In this document: positions 1-10,112 of the stretch, piece after piece
Numbering within the stretch: the stretch's first letter is position 1
Layout: each line of letters starts with the position of its first letter
Origin: Octopus bimaculoides
Taxonomy: Eukaryota
Direction of reading: 5' to 3'
Assembly (NCBI RefSeq): GCF_001194135.2
Contig: NC_068988.1
Span: 34,911,645 to 34,947,667, forward strand
DNA length: 36,023 nucleotides
Translations under genes and position numbers: made by a program
Notes under the pieces: generated by a model
Told to the model about the DNA's origin: nothing
The model's input: the letters and a program-made list of their open reading frames with translations, nothing else
Database searches by the model: none

Positions 1-307
1 CAAGCATACCATCATCCATGCGAACACATTTCTCTCCTACAACATCACTATTCTCTCTCCTACACTGTCTTGCAACACGAAATACCTCTAGTCTTTGGTC
101 CTCACGGCGCAGAACATTGGCAAATCTTTTCTTATCTGCTTCCCCTCTGGCTAAATAAACCTGTCGCCTAGCCTCCCTTCTGGCACATTGGTACAATTCC
201 CTGCTACCACCGTTCTTCCAGTCCTTCCAAGCCTGTTTCTTTTGTCTAATAGCCCTGTCTACCTCCTTGTTCCACCACCACGTTACTCTGGGTCGGGAGG
301 GGACCTT
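1..307 (-). mobile_element. RTE-clade non-LTR retrotransposon, ORF2 fragment (linker between endonuclease and RT), 5'-truncated, continues off the left edge
   Basis: Manual translation of 307->2 gives 102 stop-free codons: KVPSRPRVTWWWNKEVDRAIRQKKQAWKDWKNGGSRELYQCARREARRQVYLARGEADKKRFANVLRREDQRLEVFRVARQCRRENSDVVGEKCVRMDDGML. The WWWNxEV..AI..KK motif is typical of RTE ORF2. Not in the supplied ORF track. Confidence 0.88.
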
Positions 308-1035
308 ATATATGTGTGTGTATACAATGTACAGGAAGAAAGGTAGGGAAATTATATATGTATGGCTAGACAGCTATGGAAAGGTAGAGAGTAATGACAA
401 AAAGTAATGAGATATTTATGCGTGAGTGTGTTTGTGCATATTCTTAGAAAATGAATTTAAGGTAAGATGTTAAAGAGTGATTTGATAGATATTTTAGATA
501 TAATGCCAAGCTAAAATCAGTTTGATAAATCATAGAATTTTTCAATTTGTCTCCGTCATCATCTAGACAGCTTTCATATATGTTAATGGGCAAGATAAGA
601 AAAGTTTATAAAGCATCAATCAAGTTTTCCCTTACAGAATACATAATGGTTATTATTGATTATCAAATGGCAGTGAATGGCAAGTGAAAAACATGCAAAC
701 AATTCAAAAATAGTCTTGCAGAAGCCAGATATTCTGTGCATGATGAAAAAGTTCTCTTCTACTAAGTTGACCCTTGTATGTTATGGCCTTTCAGCTATTA
801 AAAATACAATTATTTTCATTATGTCGGTGGTGACGTAGTTGAGTGTCTTATTACTCAGTAATTAGAGACAAATAAGGTCTGGTTACTGGAAGAACAGAGA
901 TAAATAAATGAACCGGGGTTTACTTAATCATACGTGATCTCAATGTAGTTTGATGTTAAATTTGCCCAGCTCACAGCATCAGGAGGATTGAAATTTATTC
1001 ATTACTGCTGTTATTGGTTTGGAATTCCCTTTGGT

Positions 1036-1069
<34 letters not shown>

Positions 1070-1080
1070 AGAGAGAGAGA
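1036..1080. repeat. (GA)n microsatellite
   Basis: Directly visible AG run with two GAA interruptions. Confidence 0.95.
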
Positions 1081-1393
1081 TGGTGGGGGGTTGGGGGTTG
1101 GAGGAATTACTATTCTGCAAATGAATAAGTGTAAATAGCTATGTGATTGGAAGGAAGGAAAGGGAGTGTGAAAGGCAATACTATAATCAGGTAAAAAATG
1201 ATTATTGACCTAAAATAGCTTCTTTCTTGATCTATTTTCTTCAAATCTACTTGTAACATCAATATTTGTCTCAGATTTTTGTAGCACATTCCAAAGAGTA
1301 CAAGGAAAACTTCTGACAAGCAGAACCTATGACCTATTTTTGTTTCTCTCTCTCTTGTTGATCTACCTATCTATATTTACGAGTGTGTGCATG

Positions 1394-1430
1394 TAATAAT
1401 CATAATAATAATAATAATAATAATAATCAT
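1394..1430. repeat. (TAA)n microsatellite
   Basis: Directly visible. Confidence 0.95.
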
Positions 1431-1886
1431 GCGCATATGGTTGTTATGCATGTGCCTGGTGTAAAATGTTTTGTCTTGGTATAAAAGATGAGCTACAGCA
1501 AATATGCTGATCTACCACAGATTTGCTTGTCAATTATTTGACCTTAACCAGTTGAGCATGTCCCTTGATGACTGACAATATGTGCATCTCTGATCACAAG
1601 CAGAAGTGGTGGAGAGCATGTGTTGAGAGGAATGCTTTGGAGTTAGAATAATTTACTTCTGGAAACATAGGTATTTTGTTCAACATTCTGAAACAACCCT
1701 TATTCAAGGACCTTTTGAGCAAGATGGGCTGCTTGACCTGAAGAAAATTCTAACTGGGCCTCACCTGCAAGATCATGTGCTGTTTATCTTGATATAAGAT
1801 CACCATGTTGCACACATTTAGATGTGACGCATGTGCCTGATGTACCCTTATCAGACGGGTAATCATGAGGGATATACTGGGCTTCA
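1431..1886 (+). mobile_element. Interspersed repeat, probably the 3' non-coding part of a retroelement (R4/Dong-like by inference)
   Basis: More complex, less AT-rich block starting right after a (TAA)n tract. Contains a 15/16 direct repeat at 1448-1463 and 1829-1844. Recalled as a common octopus repeat; class and strand not proven. Confidence 0.55.
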
Positions 1887-1894
1887 TTTACTTA

Positions 1895-2040
1895 TTGCCA
1901 ACCCTCACTTGTTTCCATGCAAGATATTTCTCCTAGGCTTCCAAACATGAACAGCACAATAGATGGACACATTTTTACAGATGACACAATTAATATGACT
2001 TTGACTAGATTAGCATACAATATCCAAGCAAGGAACAAAT
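1895..2040 (-). mobile_element. Family D variant, internal fragment
   Basis: ccaaccctcacttgtttccatgcaagatatttctcc resembles ccaactctcatctatttccaagcagagtaacatttcc at about 31891-31928. Confidence 0.5.
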
Positions 2041-2114
2041 GCACATAAGTGCATATGCACACAACACACAAATGCACATGCATGTGCACTCATGCGCACA
2101 CACATACACACATA

Positions 2115-2240
2115 TCACAGGCTTCTTTCAGTTTCCAAATCTATTTATAACACTTCAATCAAAGACAGAAGCCTGTGTTCCACACTGTGGCTTCAAGCCC
2201 CGAATCATGTGGTTGCAAAGAAACTTCTTAACCAACTCAG
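2115..2240 (-). mobile_element. SINE family A, decayed 5' half
   Basis: ggcttctttcagtttcc...atcatgtggttgcaaag..cttcttaaccaactcagc aligns by eye to the 16000-16145 part of the full copy. Confidence 0.65.
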
Positions 2241-2398
2241 CTCTGCCTTTGCTTATCTGTACAATAGATTGATGCTAAAAGAATATGTTGTTGCTATAAT
2301 ATTCTATCATGAATACTATACCTTCAATACCATGTGAATTGGGATTTTCTGTAGTCATCTATATTTCATATATATAAAACTTCAGCTATATAAGTGAA

Positions 2399-2399
<1 letters not shown>

Positions 2400-2446
<47 letters not shown>
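2400..2446. repeat. (TA)n(TG)n microsatellite
   Basis: Directly visible. Confidence 0.95.
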
Positions 2447-2447
<1 letters not shown>

Positions 2448-2449
2448 CA

Positions 2450-2593
2450 TTAGGAAAAAGTAACCAGCTGTAGAAACCATGCTAAATCAAACTGGAACCT
2501 GATGCTTCTCTCCTGCTTACCAGTACCAGTTAAACCGTCTAACCCATGCTGGCATGGAAAGTGGACGTTAAATGATGATGAGGATGATGATGA
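2450..2593 (+). mobile_element. Family D (RTE-like tail) 3' fragment with (GAT)n tail
   Basis: ccagctgtagaaac...aacccatgctggcatggaaagtggacgttaaatgatgatg matches 9013-9146. Confidence 0.8.
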
Positions 2594-2604
2594 TATACAT
2601 GCTC

Positions 2605-2735
2605 ACACATCCGTATAGTGTCCATCTTCCATCATATTGGCATGAGAGAAAAGGTTTCAACAGCATCCAGTGGAGTTGGAGGATTGTGTCATGCTCTAAT
2701 ATCTGATTTGGTATGGTCTGTGTGACTGACTGTTC
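2605..2735 (-). mobile_element. Family D, older decayed copy in opposite orientation
   Basis: gtgtccatcttccatc..ggcatgag and ctctaatatctgatttggtatgg resemble 35843-35935. Confidence 0.45.
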
Positions 2736-2759
2736 TTAATGTAAACCACTTTACAGAAT

Positions 2760-2900
2760 GAAGTCACTGTATAACTTGCAAGACTAAGATCCTCTTCAAC
2801 TAAATGGGATAATAGTAGAGAGGTAGGTGGTTTCATGCTTTGTGTTGAGCAGTTAAAGCATGGAAAAACAGACAGAGCAGGCTTCTTGCTGTATGGGAGA
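2760..2900 (-). mobile_element. Possible very old CR1-group LINE RT C-terminal fragment
   Basis: Translation FNCSTQS...EEDLSLASYTVTSFCK loosely fits the FNxxKTQ...xDLSWxxxIxxIxK pattern after the RT core. Weak. Confidence 0.25.
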
Positions 2901-3815
2901 TACATATTTACCTTGCATTAATATGTCAGTGTGAATTTGTATGTATTTATGTTAAAGTATACAGTAGTGTTATAAATCTATTACAGCTGATCTTGATAAT
3001 TGATTTTGCACCAGATGTTAGGTAACTGGACAGTTATTTAATAAGTATGCTCATCAGAGATAGCAATATGGAAAAACTGGCCTTATAATAATACTGTTCA
3101 ATTATACTGGTGATGGTCTTTTGGAAAGGAATATTCCTCACCACATCCATGTCTCTGTCCTCTCATAAATCTTGCTTTATATGTTTAGCATTATATGAAA
3201 AAAGAAATTAATAAAATGGAGAAGTATTAAAGCCCTGAAAATAAATACCTTCTCCACAGTCTACTTTTACTTTCATAGTTAAAGTAGGATTTAACTAAAT
3301 GAGCTTATCTATTTATTTTATTGAACAACAAATGTGAGATTAATCTCCTTCATCACATGGATCTGCTATCCATTCAACGGAACCTTGTTTTTTTTAATAT
3401 TTTTGCTCAAGGACCATAGAACAAAAAAAAAATATAAAAAAACAAATCTGGATTATATGAAGTGTTTTGGTGTTGCTGGTGGGAAGGAATGGATATTATA
3501 GATCTGGTGCTGTTAATGTTTGATGATTGTTATAGAAGTGATTTATTGCTTGCGTTGTGTGTCATTTGTGATGGTGGTGGTGGTGGTTGGGTGTTCATGC
3601 TTGCGATAGATGTTGTATCCAGGTTGCAAAACTAACAATACAAATGTTGACATTCTAGTCGCATTATTTCTCCTGCAGTACTTCTAAAGCAATCCATAAA
3701 AGATGACAAATTTATTGTTTTAGTGTATATGTATATACATGGGTGTGTTTCTGTGTTGATAGATGTTTTACATACTGTATTTCCTTCCTTTTTTGTCATA
3801 TTTTCCTTCTTTCAG

Positions 3816-3851
3816 GTTGTATTACTCTCCTGCTGTGTGGATTAATAGACA
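3816..3851 (+). CDS. Candidate 36-nt internal exon of an unidentified host gene
   Basis: Long pyrimidine tract ttccttccttttttgtcatattttccttctttcag|G, donor CA|gtaaga, length a multiple of 3. Two frames open: (G)CITLLLCGLID or LYYSPAVWINR. No family recognised. Confidence 0.35.
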
Positions 3852-4105
3852 GTAAGATTCTTATATGGTATTGCCATCACATATAACATCACTGGCTAAG
3901 AATCAAAACCAAACACTGTATAATAGATTGATACTTTTGACATCAATTGTACCTAACTGCAAGTTTTAAAAAAACACAGGAAAGAAAAATGGCTTGTTGA
4001 ATGTATCAGCCATCAGTCTGTTCTATTTTGCAAGTTCTTCACTAGCTTCAGATAGTGAGTTCAAATTTCACCAAAACTGTGGGGTTCTTTATGCAGTTAT
4101 AGTTA

Positions 4106-4327
4106 TTTACCTTTTCGTTACCATATTTATGTCAAACTATACTAACTTTCTTTCAATTAATTTTGATAATATCAAAGAATTTATTTAATAACCATTGTTA
4201 TTAAACTGATTTTCAGCATGTAAGTTTACATGAAACTGGAAGGTCTTGATTTAGATCTCTTTAAAATTGGTAATTTTCTATCATAGAACCAAGAGCATTT
4301 TCTGGCAGGTTTGTTGCAAAAGTTGAT
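4106..4327 (+). mobile_element. TTAA-ended MITE (piggyBac-like ends), decayed near-full copy
   Basis: ccttttcgttaccatattt...tatcatagaacca matches the reverse complement of 9147-9341 and the two halves at 10070-10112 and 10490-10546. Confidence 0.65.
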
Positions 4328-5030
4328 AATCGTTACAGAGGATATATACTATATAGTAATTTTTTTTTTTTTGTTATAATCATGGTTAGAGTTCAGTACC
4401 CAGTAATTTTCAGGTCTCAAATGATATATCACTTTGCCTTTTGAGAACTTTGTTCTTTAAATATGTTAAAGAGACAATAATGTTTTAGTTGTCAGTTTGT
4501 TGTTGTCTTTATGTATATGGCCAAATGTATGATGTTCACTTTGCAACCATGAGGTCATGGGTTCAATAACATTGTGTGTTATTTGGGGAAAATTTCATTT
4601 CCTCTGACCTCACGTAGAATCATAACTTGTGAATGAAACTGGAGATGACTTGTACTGCCTTAAAATTACAATACATTTACATGTATCTGTGGTTGAGTGA
4701 GCAGCTGAATCCTCATCATGGAAACTGACAGAGATCCAGCCATATATACATGTGTGTGTGTGTGTATTGTTGACATCATAAGAATTTAGAAACTCCAAAG
4801 GAATGTGAAATTTTTTTTTTCTTTTCTGAAATTGTGAAGCTTGGAGCAGATAAAGCTATAAATAGTAGCATGTAAATACTGGGTTAAAAAGATCTTTGGA
4901 TTTGGAGAATCAATGGCTGCTCTTCAGTGGTTTTTTTCTGACCTAAGGGATTTTTAGCCCAACATCTATATTGTATTATAGCTTTATCTGCTCTGAGTTA
5001 TACCATTCTAAAAAAAAAAGAATTATTTCA

Positions 5031-5031
5031 T

Positions 5032-5109
<78 letters not shown>

Positions 5110-5130
5110 TCACTCACACACACACACACA
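5031..5130. repeat. (CA)n microsatellite
   Basis: Directly visible; source of the poly-HT ORF. Confidence 0.97.
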
Positions 5131-5483
5131 TATTGAAGCACATTCACACAAATACATATGTCACATTTCTCACTCTGGAGACTGGAAATCCTTCTAGAAT
5201 AAGTTATTGAACATTGTGGTTAATGTCACTGAATAAATCTTTTCTTAAATTAAGTTATCATACTTCAGTTTGGCTCATAACTTATTGCACTCTCATAATT
5301 AATTCTGATTGGAATATTTCAAGATATTACTAAAAGAAAATAAATTGGATCTTCCAACTACACCATCTGTAACTGTGTCACTTGCTCATAAAGTATAGTG
5401 GAGAGAACTCCTCTTGAGATATCCAAGCCTGGTATCATAACTATATATTGCTGTTGGCCTTGTGATGTATGTACAATGAAATC

Positions 5484-5890
5484 TCAGACTTATTGCTTTT
5501 AGACAACTGTACTTTTACTGTTGACTCAACATTGTTGGAGCATTGAGCTTAACTCTAGACTTACCACTGTTCAACTGTCATACTCTGTTCTAGACTTAAT
5601 GTTGTTAGCATATTGTAATAGACTCAACAATTAATGTTAGACTTTCATACTCTGTTTTAGACTCAATGCTGTTAGACTGCTGTACTTTACTCTAAACCCC
5701 GAACTCATAGATTTTTCTACTTCATTCTCGATGTAATACTGTTAGACTGTTACACTTTACAGTGGTCTTGCTAGAATCTGTGTGACTTGGAGCAGCCTTT
5801 GTGTTTGCTGCCCCATGCCTTCATTCTTCTTTTATCTCCTGACGCCCAGCTTAATAATGTTAGGCTGTTTAGACTGTTATATTTTACAAT
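5484..5890. repeat. Degenerate minisatellite, about 35-bp unit (approx. TAGACTCAATGCTGTTAGACTGTCATACTYTRYTY)
   Basis: Recurrent TAGACT / CTGTTAGACTG / CATACTCTGTT motifs, e.g. at about 5554, 5590, 5618, 5657 and 5738. Confidence 0.7.
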
Positions 5891-6637
5891 AAATGCTGAT
5901 AGCTTACACTTAAAATGGAATTTTTTGTTATTTGTCTAATGTGGTTAAAAGCTGTGTGATAAAATTACTTCAAGGATCTGATGAATAAAGGGCTATCTTT
6001 CCTAATCTTAATTCTCTGGTTGTATCTGTCTTCATGTATGGCAAGTTGTCTTTCATTCATCAAAGCAATTAATAAGTTTTGATTGGTTGTATTTGTAAAC
6101 ATGTTTTTTTTTGTTTTTTGTTATTGTTGAGGTAGTTTTAGGTGGGGTAGGCTATGGGACTGCCAATTATTACCCCCTTGCTCCCCTAGCTTTAAGAGAT
6201 AATTGACTGGCATTAACGACATACATACTTGCATAACTACACACACATATATAGGTGTGTGTACTTTGGTGACGTATTGCCAGCGTTTGTGTTTGTTGGA
6301 AGGAAATAAGAGAGAGAGGAAGAAGAAAGATGTTTTGTATTAGTCCAACTGTCATCACTGCGTTGTTTAAGAATTTGTTAAGAAGAAATTGACACTAGTT
6401 ATGTCTTGTAGACTTGCTATACTTGTAAATTGTTTTGGATAGAACCACAGCTAGATGGTGAAACTGGGAATTTTTGGTTTTTTGTTTTGTTTTTATTGTT
6501 TTTTTTTCTTTTAATCTGCAACATCCTTCTAGAATGGCTTTCAATCAAAAAAGTTGAGAAGGTTGTGAACACAGATTTGAGAATGTCAAAGTGTTGTCGT
6601 GGTGGAGTTATTTAGGACATTTATTAGTTTCTGCATT

Positions 6638-7220
6638 TGATGATGATGAGGATGATGATGATGATGCTGGCTGTGGTAGTGACAGTGGTGGATGCAGCAG
6701 CTATGATATATTGCAGACAAATGTAGTTGTACCTTTGCTTGTTATATTACAGTATGAGTATTTAGTTTGTTGTTGTTGCTGTTGTTGTTGGAGAATTACA
6801 TTGATGATAAGGGGTTAACAACCATCAGTGTTTCTTACTTGAGATGGATGACAACTACAGCAACACCATCTATAATGTTAACAATCACAGTGATTCAAGT
6901 GGTCATAATGATGATTCAGGTGATAGTGATGATGATGCTGATGGTAATTCAAGTGATAATGATGGGAGAAGCAGTAACATCATAATTATGGCTGTGATTA
7001 ATATGACAGTGATTTGTAGTAATAATGATGATAATGGTAATGATGATGGTAGTCGTTGTGGTAGTAAACAGTGTCGGTTGGTCTTATTAACACTGAGCTG
7101 CCATGGTGATGAAGACAATATTAGTTTTGGTGATGACAAGTGTGGTTATACCTGTGATAGTGGTGATGGTAGTAGTGGTTGTTGTTGTGGCGGTGGTGTT
7201 AATGATGAGTGTGACAACTT
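6638..7220. repeat. Decayed trinucleotide tract (GAT/GGT/AGT/AAT/GTT)
   Basis: Strong period-3 pattern with T at every third base; produces the D/N/S/G-rich, V/M/I-rich and antisense ORFs in the track. Confidence 0.85.
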
Positions 7221-7599
7221 ATTCTTCTTCATGTCAATACAAATATGTTAAAACACTCTGGAACACTAAATCAAACAAAATTGTCAGAAATCAAAATTAA
7301 AAATAACACATAAAAAGTACAAAAACAAGAAGAAAGAAAAAGAAAATGACAGGAGTGATTATTTCTTGTCTGCAATTTAGTGTTGCTAGGTTAATTGTTG
7401 ATTGTTGTGTGAATGTGTAATAATACAACACTGAAGATAAGGATGTCAAAATTAGAAAGTAAGGGGCAGTTGTCAGTGGCCTGTGTAGAATAATAGGGTT
7501 TAGTAATGGCTGTTTGTTGTTGTTGTGTAGAATTAGTCTGCACAATTGGTAATTGGGGGGCTAAGTGCCATTCATGTCTCCATAACTTTCCCCAATCAT

Positions 7600-8370
7600 G
7601 CATCATCCACTCCACAAGTTAGACTCCACATACTAAATCTGCCTTGATACCATGAGCAAAGACCTAAGAAAACACGTCCTCCAATGGAGATGTGCCAATT
7701 TTGTGTCTTTCAAGGAACAAGAAAAATGATGTGTTGCCATTCATATCAAGAAAGCATCCTCACACAACATGCCCCTTAATTGTGAACAGCACTAGAGCTA
7801 CAGCTTTCACAATTGCCACAACACGTTGAATCTCACTGTCACTGAATAAGGTGCATTCTTAATATCACTGAAACTACATCCCAGTGACTGGCTCTTCTTT
7901 TCAATGACAGAAGATACTTCAGATTCTAACAAACATTGACATAGTACAAAGCTCAGGTGAGGCCCACAGAGGAATATTGCCCTCATATCTGGCACAGTGC
8001 TACTGCTGCACACACAAGCATCTTACACTTCACCCAGAAGTGGCTCACCTGGATGACCAGTGTAAAGTCACTCACAGACACACTTCTGCATCCAACCCAG
8101 AGACATGCTGTCATCCTTCTGTGTTTTCTACTGCTACTATAGTCTCTGCTCTCTTGGATCCACTTATCTTTCTTATCATCATCCTCCTTATTGTGACCTA
8201 CATTAACCACTACACTCATTCTTTACTTGGATGTTAGCCCACTGGAATTTCACCCCTGCTAATGTTTTTTCAGTAGGTATTGACTTGCAAAGGCTCAACT
8301 GGATATTAATGACGTCAATGTCACTGGTCTAGAAAGGCTTGCAAAGACCATGAGCATTTCCCCTTACTTC
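7600..8370 (+). mobile_element. CR1-group (CR1/L2/Daphne-like) LINE, degenerate 3' part of ORF2
   Basis: Frameshifted motifs in the expected order: LQWRCANFVSF (7685), LALLFNDRRYF (7887), QILT, YKAQVRPTEEYCPHIW (7945-7992). The end tgacttgcaaaggctcaactggatattaatgacgtcaat is homologous to the minus strand of 33230-33305. Confidence 0.82.
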
Positions 8371-8474
8371 TGACACCACAGAAAAGGTTTTGTTTAGTCC
8401 TCAGTTAGCCTTACTGAGTAGACCTATCTTTAAGCTTCTGTCCATGCCCCTCCTTCTCTTAGTTATTTTATATC

Positions 8475-8700
8475 TAGCACTACATTATGCAATCTGTTTT
8501 TCTCTTCTCAAGATGGTACAGCATAATTTAAGGATGATTTAGGTGCCAGTTCTAGCAAGTTGATTGACCTCATAAAAGGGCTTGTGGTGTTGATATTGGT
8601 GTTATTATTGGTATTAATATGATGGTGATGGCTACTGGGTTGTTTATCTTCAGGTCAAGCTTGATCAAACAGACCTATTTTTAAAGGCATTCCACCCATG
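8475..8700 (-). mobile_element. SINE family C, two decayed fragments
   Basis: caagatggtacagcataatttaaggatgatttaggtgccagttctagcaag and gttgtttatcttcaggtcaagcttgatcaaacagacct match parts of 20045-20245. Confidence 0.5.
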
Positions 8701-8961
8701 AGTATTCTGTTTTTTAGAGTGTATATAATTACATTATCTTACATATCCTTTCCTTATTGCAGACAGAATAATGTGATTTGATGGAAACTCAACTGTTATT
8801 TTTTTTTTCTGGCTTAAGTAACCCTGTAAATGCTTCTTTATTATTGCTTGTTGCTATTTAATCCCTGGGCAGCTCTGATCCATTACCGCTATGACCACTC
8901 ATCTTAATAATGGTTGTCGGATAATGCAGTTCAATGATGCACTTTGTAGCTTTTTCACCTT

Positions 8962-9146
8962 ACGTAAAAGCACCTACTACACTCTCGGAGTGGTTGGCGT
9001 TAGGAAGGGCATCCAGCTGTAGAAACTCTGCCAAATCAGATTGGAGCCTGGTGCAGCCTTCGGGTTCCACCAGTCTTCAGTCAAATCGTCCAACCCATGC
9101 TAGCATGGAAATCGGACGTTAAACGATGATGATGATGATGATGATC
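8962..9146 (+). mobile_element. Family D short retroposon (RTE-like 3' tail), young copy
   Basis: 156/167 ungapped identity by manual count to the reverse complement of 35834-36000. Palindrome CCATGCTAGCATGG at 9095-9108, followed by a (GAT)n tail. Confidence 0.9.
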
Positions 9147-9341
9147 TGGACACCCTGAATAAGTGATACAAACTGTTTTAAAGGGATCTAAATTAAAATC
9201 CTTCATCAAAATTCTATTTTAATTTGTTTTAAACATCAGTTTACCAACAGCAAAGTTATTTTGCTAAATTCTTCTTTATTTCGAAATTAACTGAAACAAA
9301 TGCGGTGTATTTCAACAGATATTTGATAATGAAAGGGTTAA
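9147..9341 (-). mobile_element. TTAA-ended MITE
   Basis: Ends gaaagggTTAA (9331-9341); the body is the reverse complement of 4106-4295. Confidence 0.75.
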
Positions 9342-9454
9342 AGAAAATTTGTTTGCTATTGCTAGCAGAGCAAGCAACTGTATAGAAGCTTCCTCATTGG
9401 CTGCTATTTCTTGTATATTGCTGAACAATGCAGGGATTCTTTCATTATCTTGAT

Positions 9455-9960
9455 ATTTGTTGTTGCTGCTGTTGCTGCTGGTGATAGTGGGGACCTTATT
9501 GATGTTGGTGTCTTGTTATTGTTCATAGCAGTGGTCACAGTGGTGATGGTTGTGTTTTATGTTGTTGTTTCTGGCGGTGGTGTTCATGGTTTTAATATAA
9601 TCAGTTTAATTGGTTGAGCAAAGATAAACAATGCAGCCTATCCTTTATCCTTTGCTTTTATCCTCTCACAGATACTGTGACAGTGTTGGTGGGGGTTGAG
9701 AAGTTAGCCAATGTATTGGTTAGTGAATTTTGTTGTTGTTGTTGTTGACGGCATGGTAGTGGTGATAAAGATGGTGGTACTGTTGCTTGTATGTTGACAA
9801 TTTAATTGGTTCTGCTGTGAGAATAACAGTATGGGTGAATGATGTTGTGGTGGCGCTTATAGTGATAGGAAACCATATTGTAATTGTTGTTGATGCAGTA
9901 GAAGTGATGGTAGTGGTGGCGGTGGTCTGGCAATAATGTTGCTGTTAGTGAAGGTAAAGG
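9455..9960. repeat. Decayed (GTT/GGT/GAT)n low-complexity region
   Basis: Patches of period-3 G/T-rich sequence. Confidence 0.65.
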
Positions 9961-10069
9961 CAATAGATTAAAAGGCTTAAGAGATTACAAGAAAATGCCT
10001 TGTGGTATTTATTTCAGTGTTTTCGTGAATTCAGAATTCTTGGGTTGTAGATTTGATCTGTCTCTCTGA

Positions 10070-10112
10070 TTAAACCTTTTGTTACCATATTTCTGTTAGA
10101 ATATGCTGCCTT
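10070..10112 (+). mobile_element. MITE left end
   Basis: TTAAaccttttgttaccatatttctgttagaatatgctgcc matches the MITE terminus at 9341->9300. Confidence 0.7.

Noticed and set aside
1938-2046. Acceptor plus 36-codon frame LPNMNSTIDGHIFTDDT…
   Set aside because: It lies within a family D variant fragment and has no credible donor.
4614-4658. Minus-strand exon candidates (4614-4658; others with donors near 14610, 16505, 30190 and 30640)
   Set aside because: GTAAG/GTGAG-type donors are expected many times by chance in 36 kb of AT-rich DNA; acceptors are weak and no coherent or recognisable peptide emerges.
6128-6136. let-7-like TGAGGTAGT
   Set aside because: Only 9 nt match; no star arm.
6844-7251. 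135-aa D/N/S/G-rich ORF resembling an acidic shell-matrix protein
   Set aside because: Explained by a decayed trinucleotide tract; no signal peptide or splice context, and overlapping frames are similarly open.
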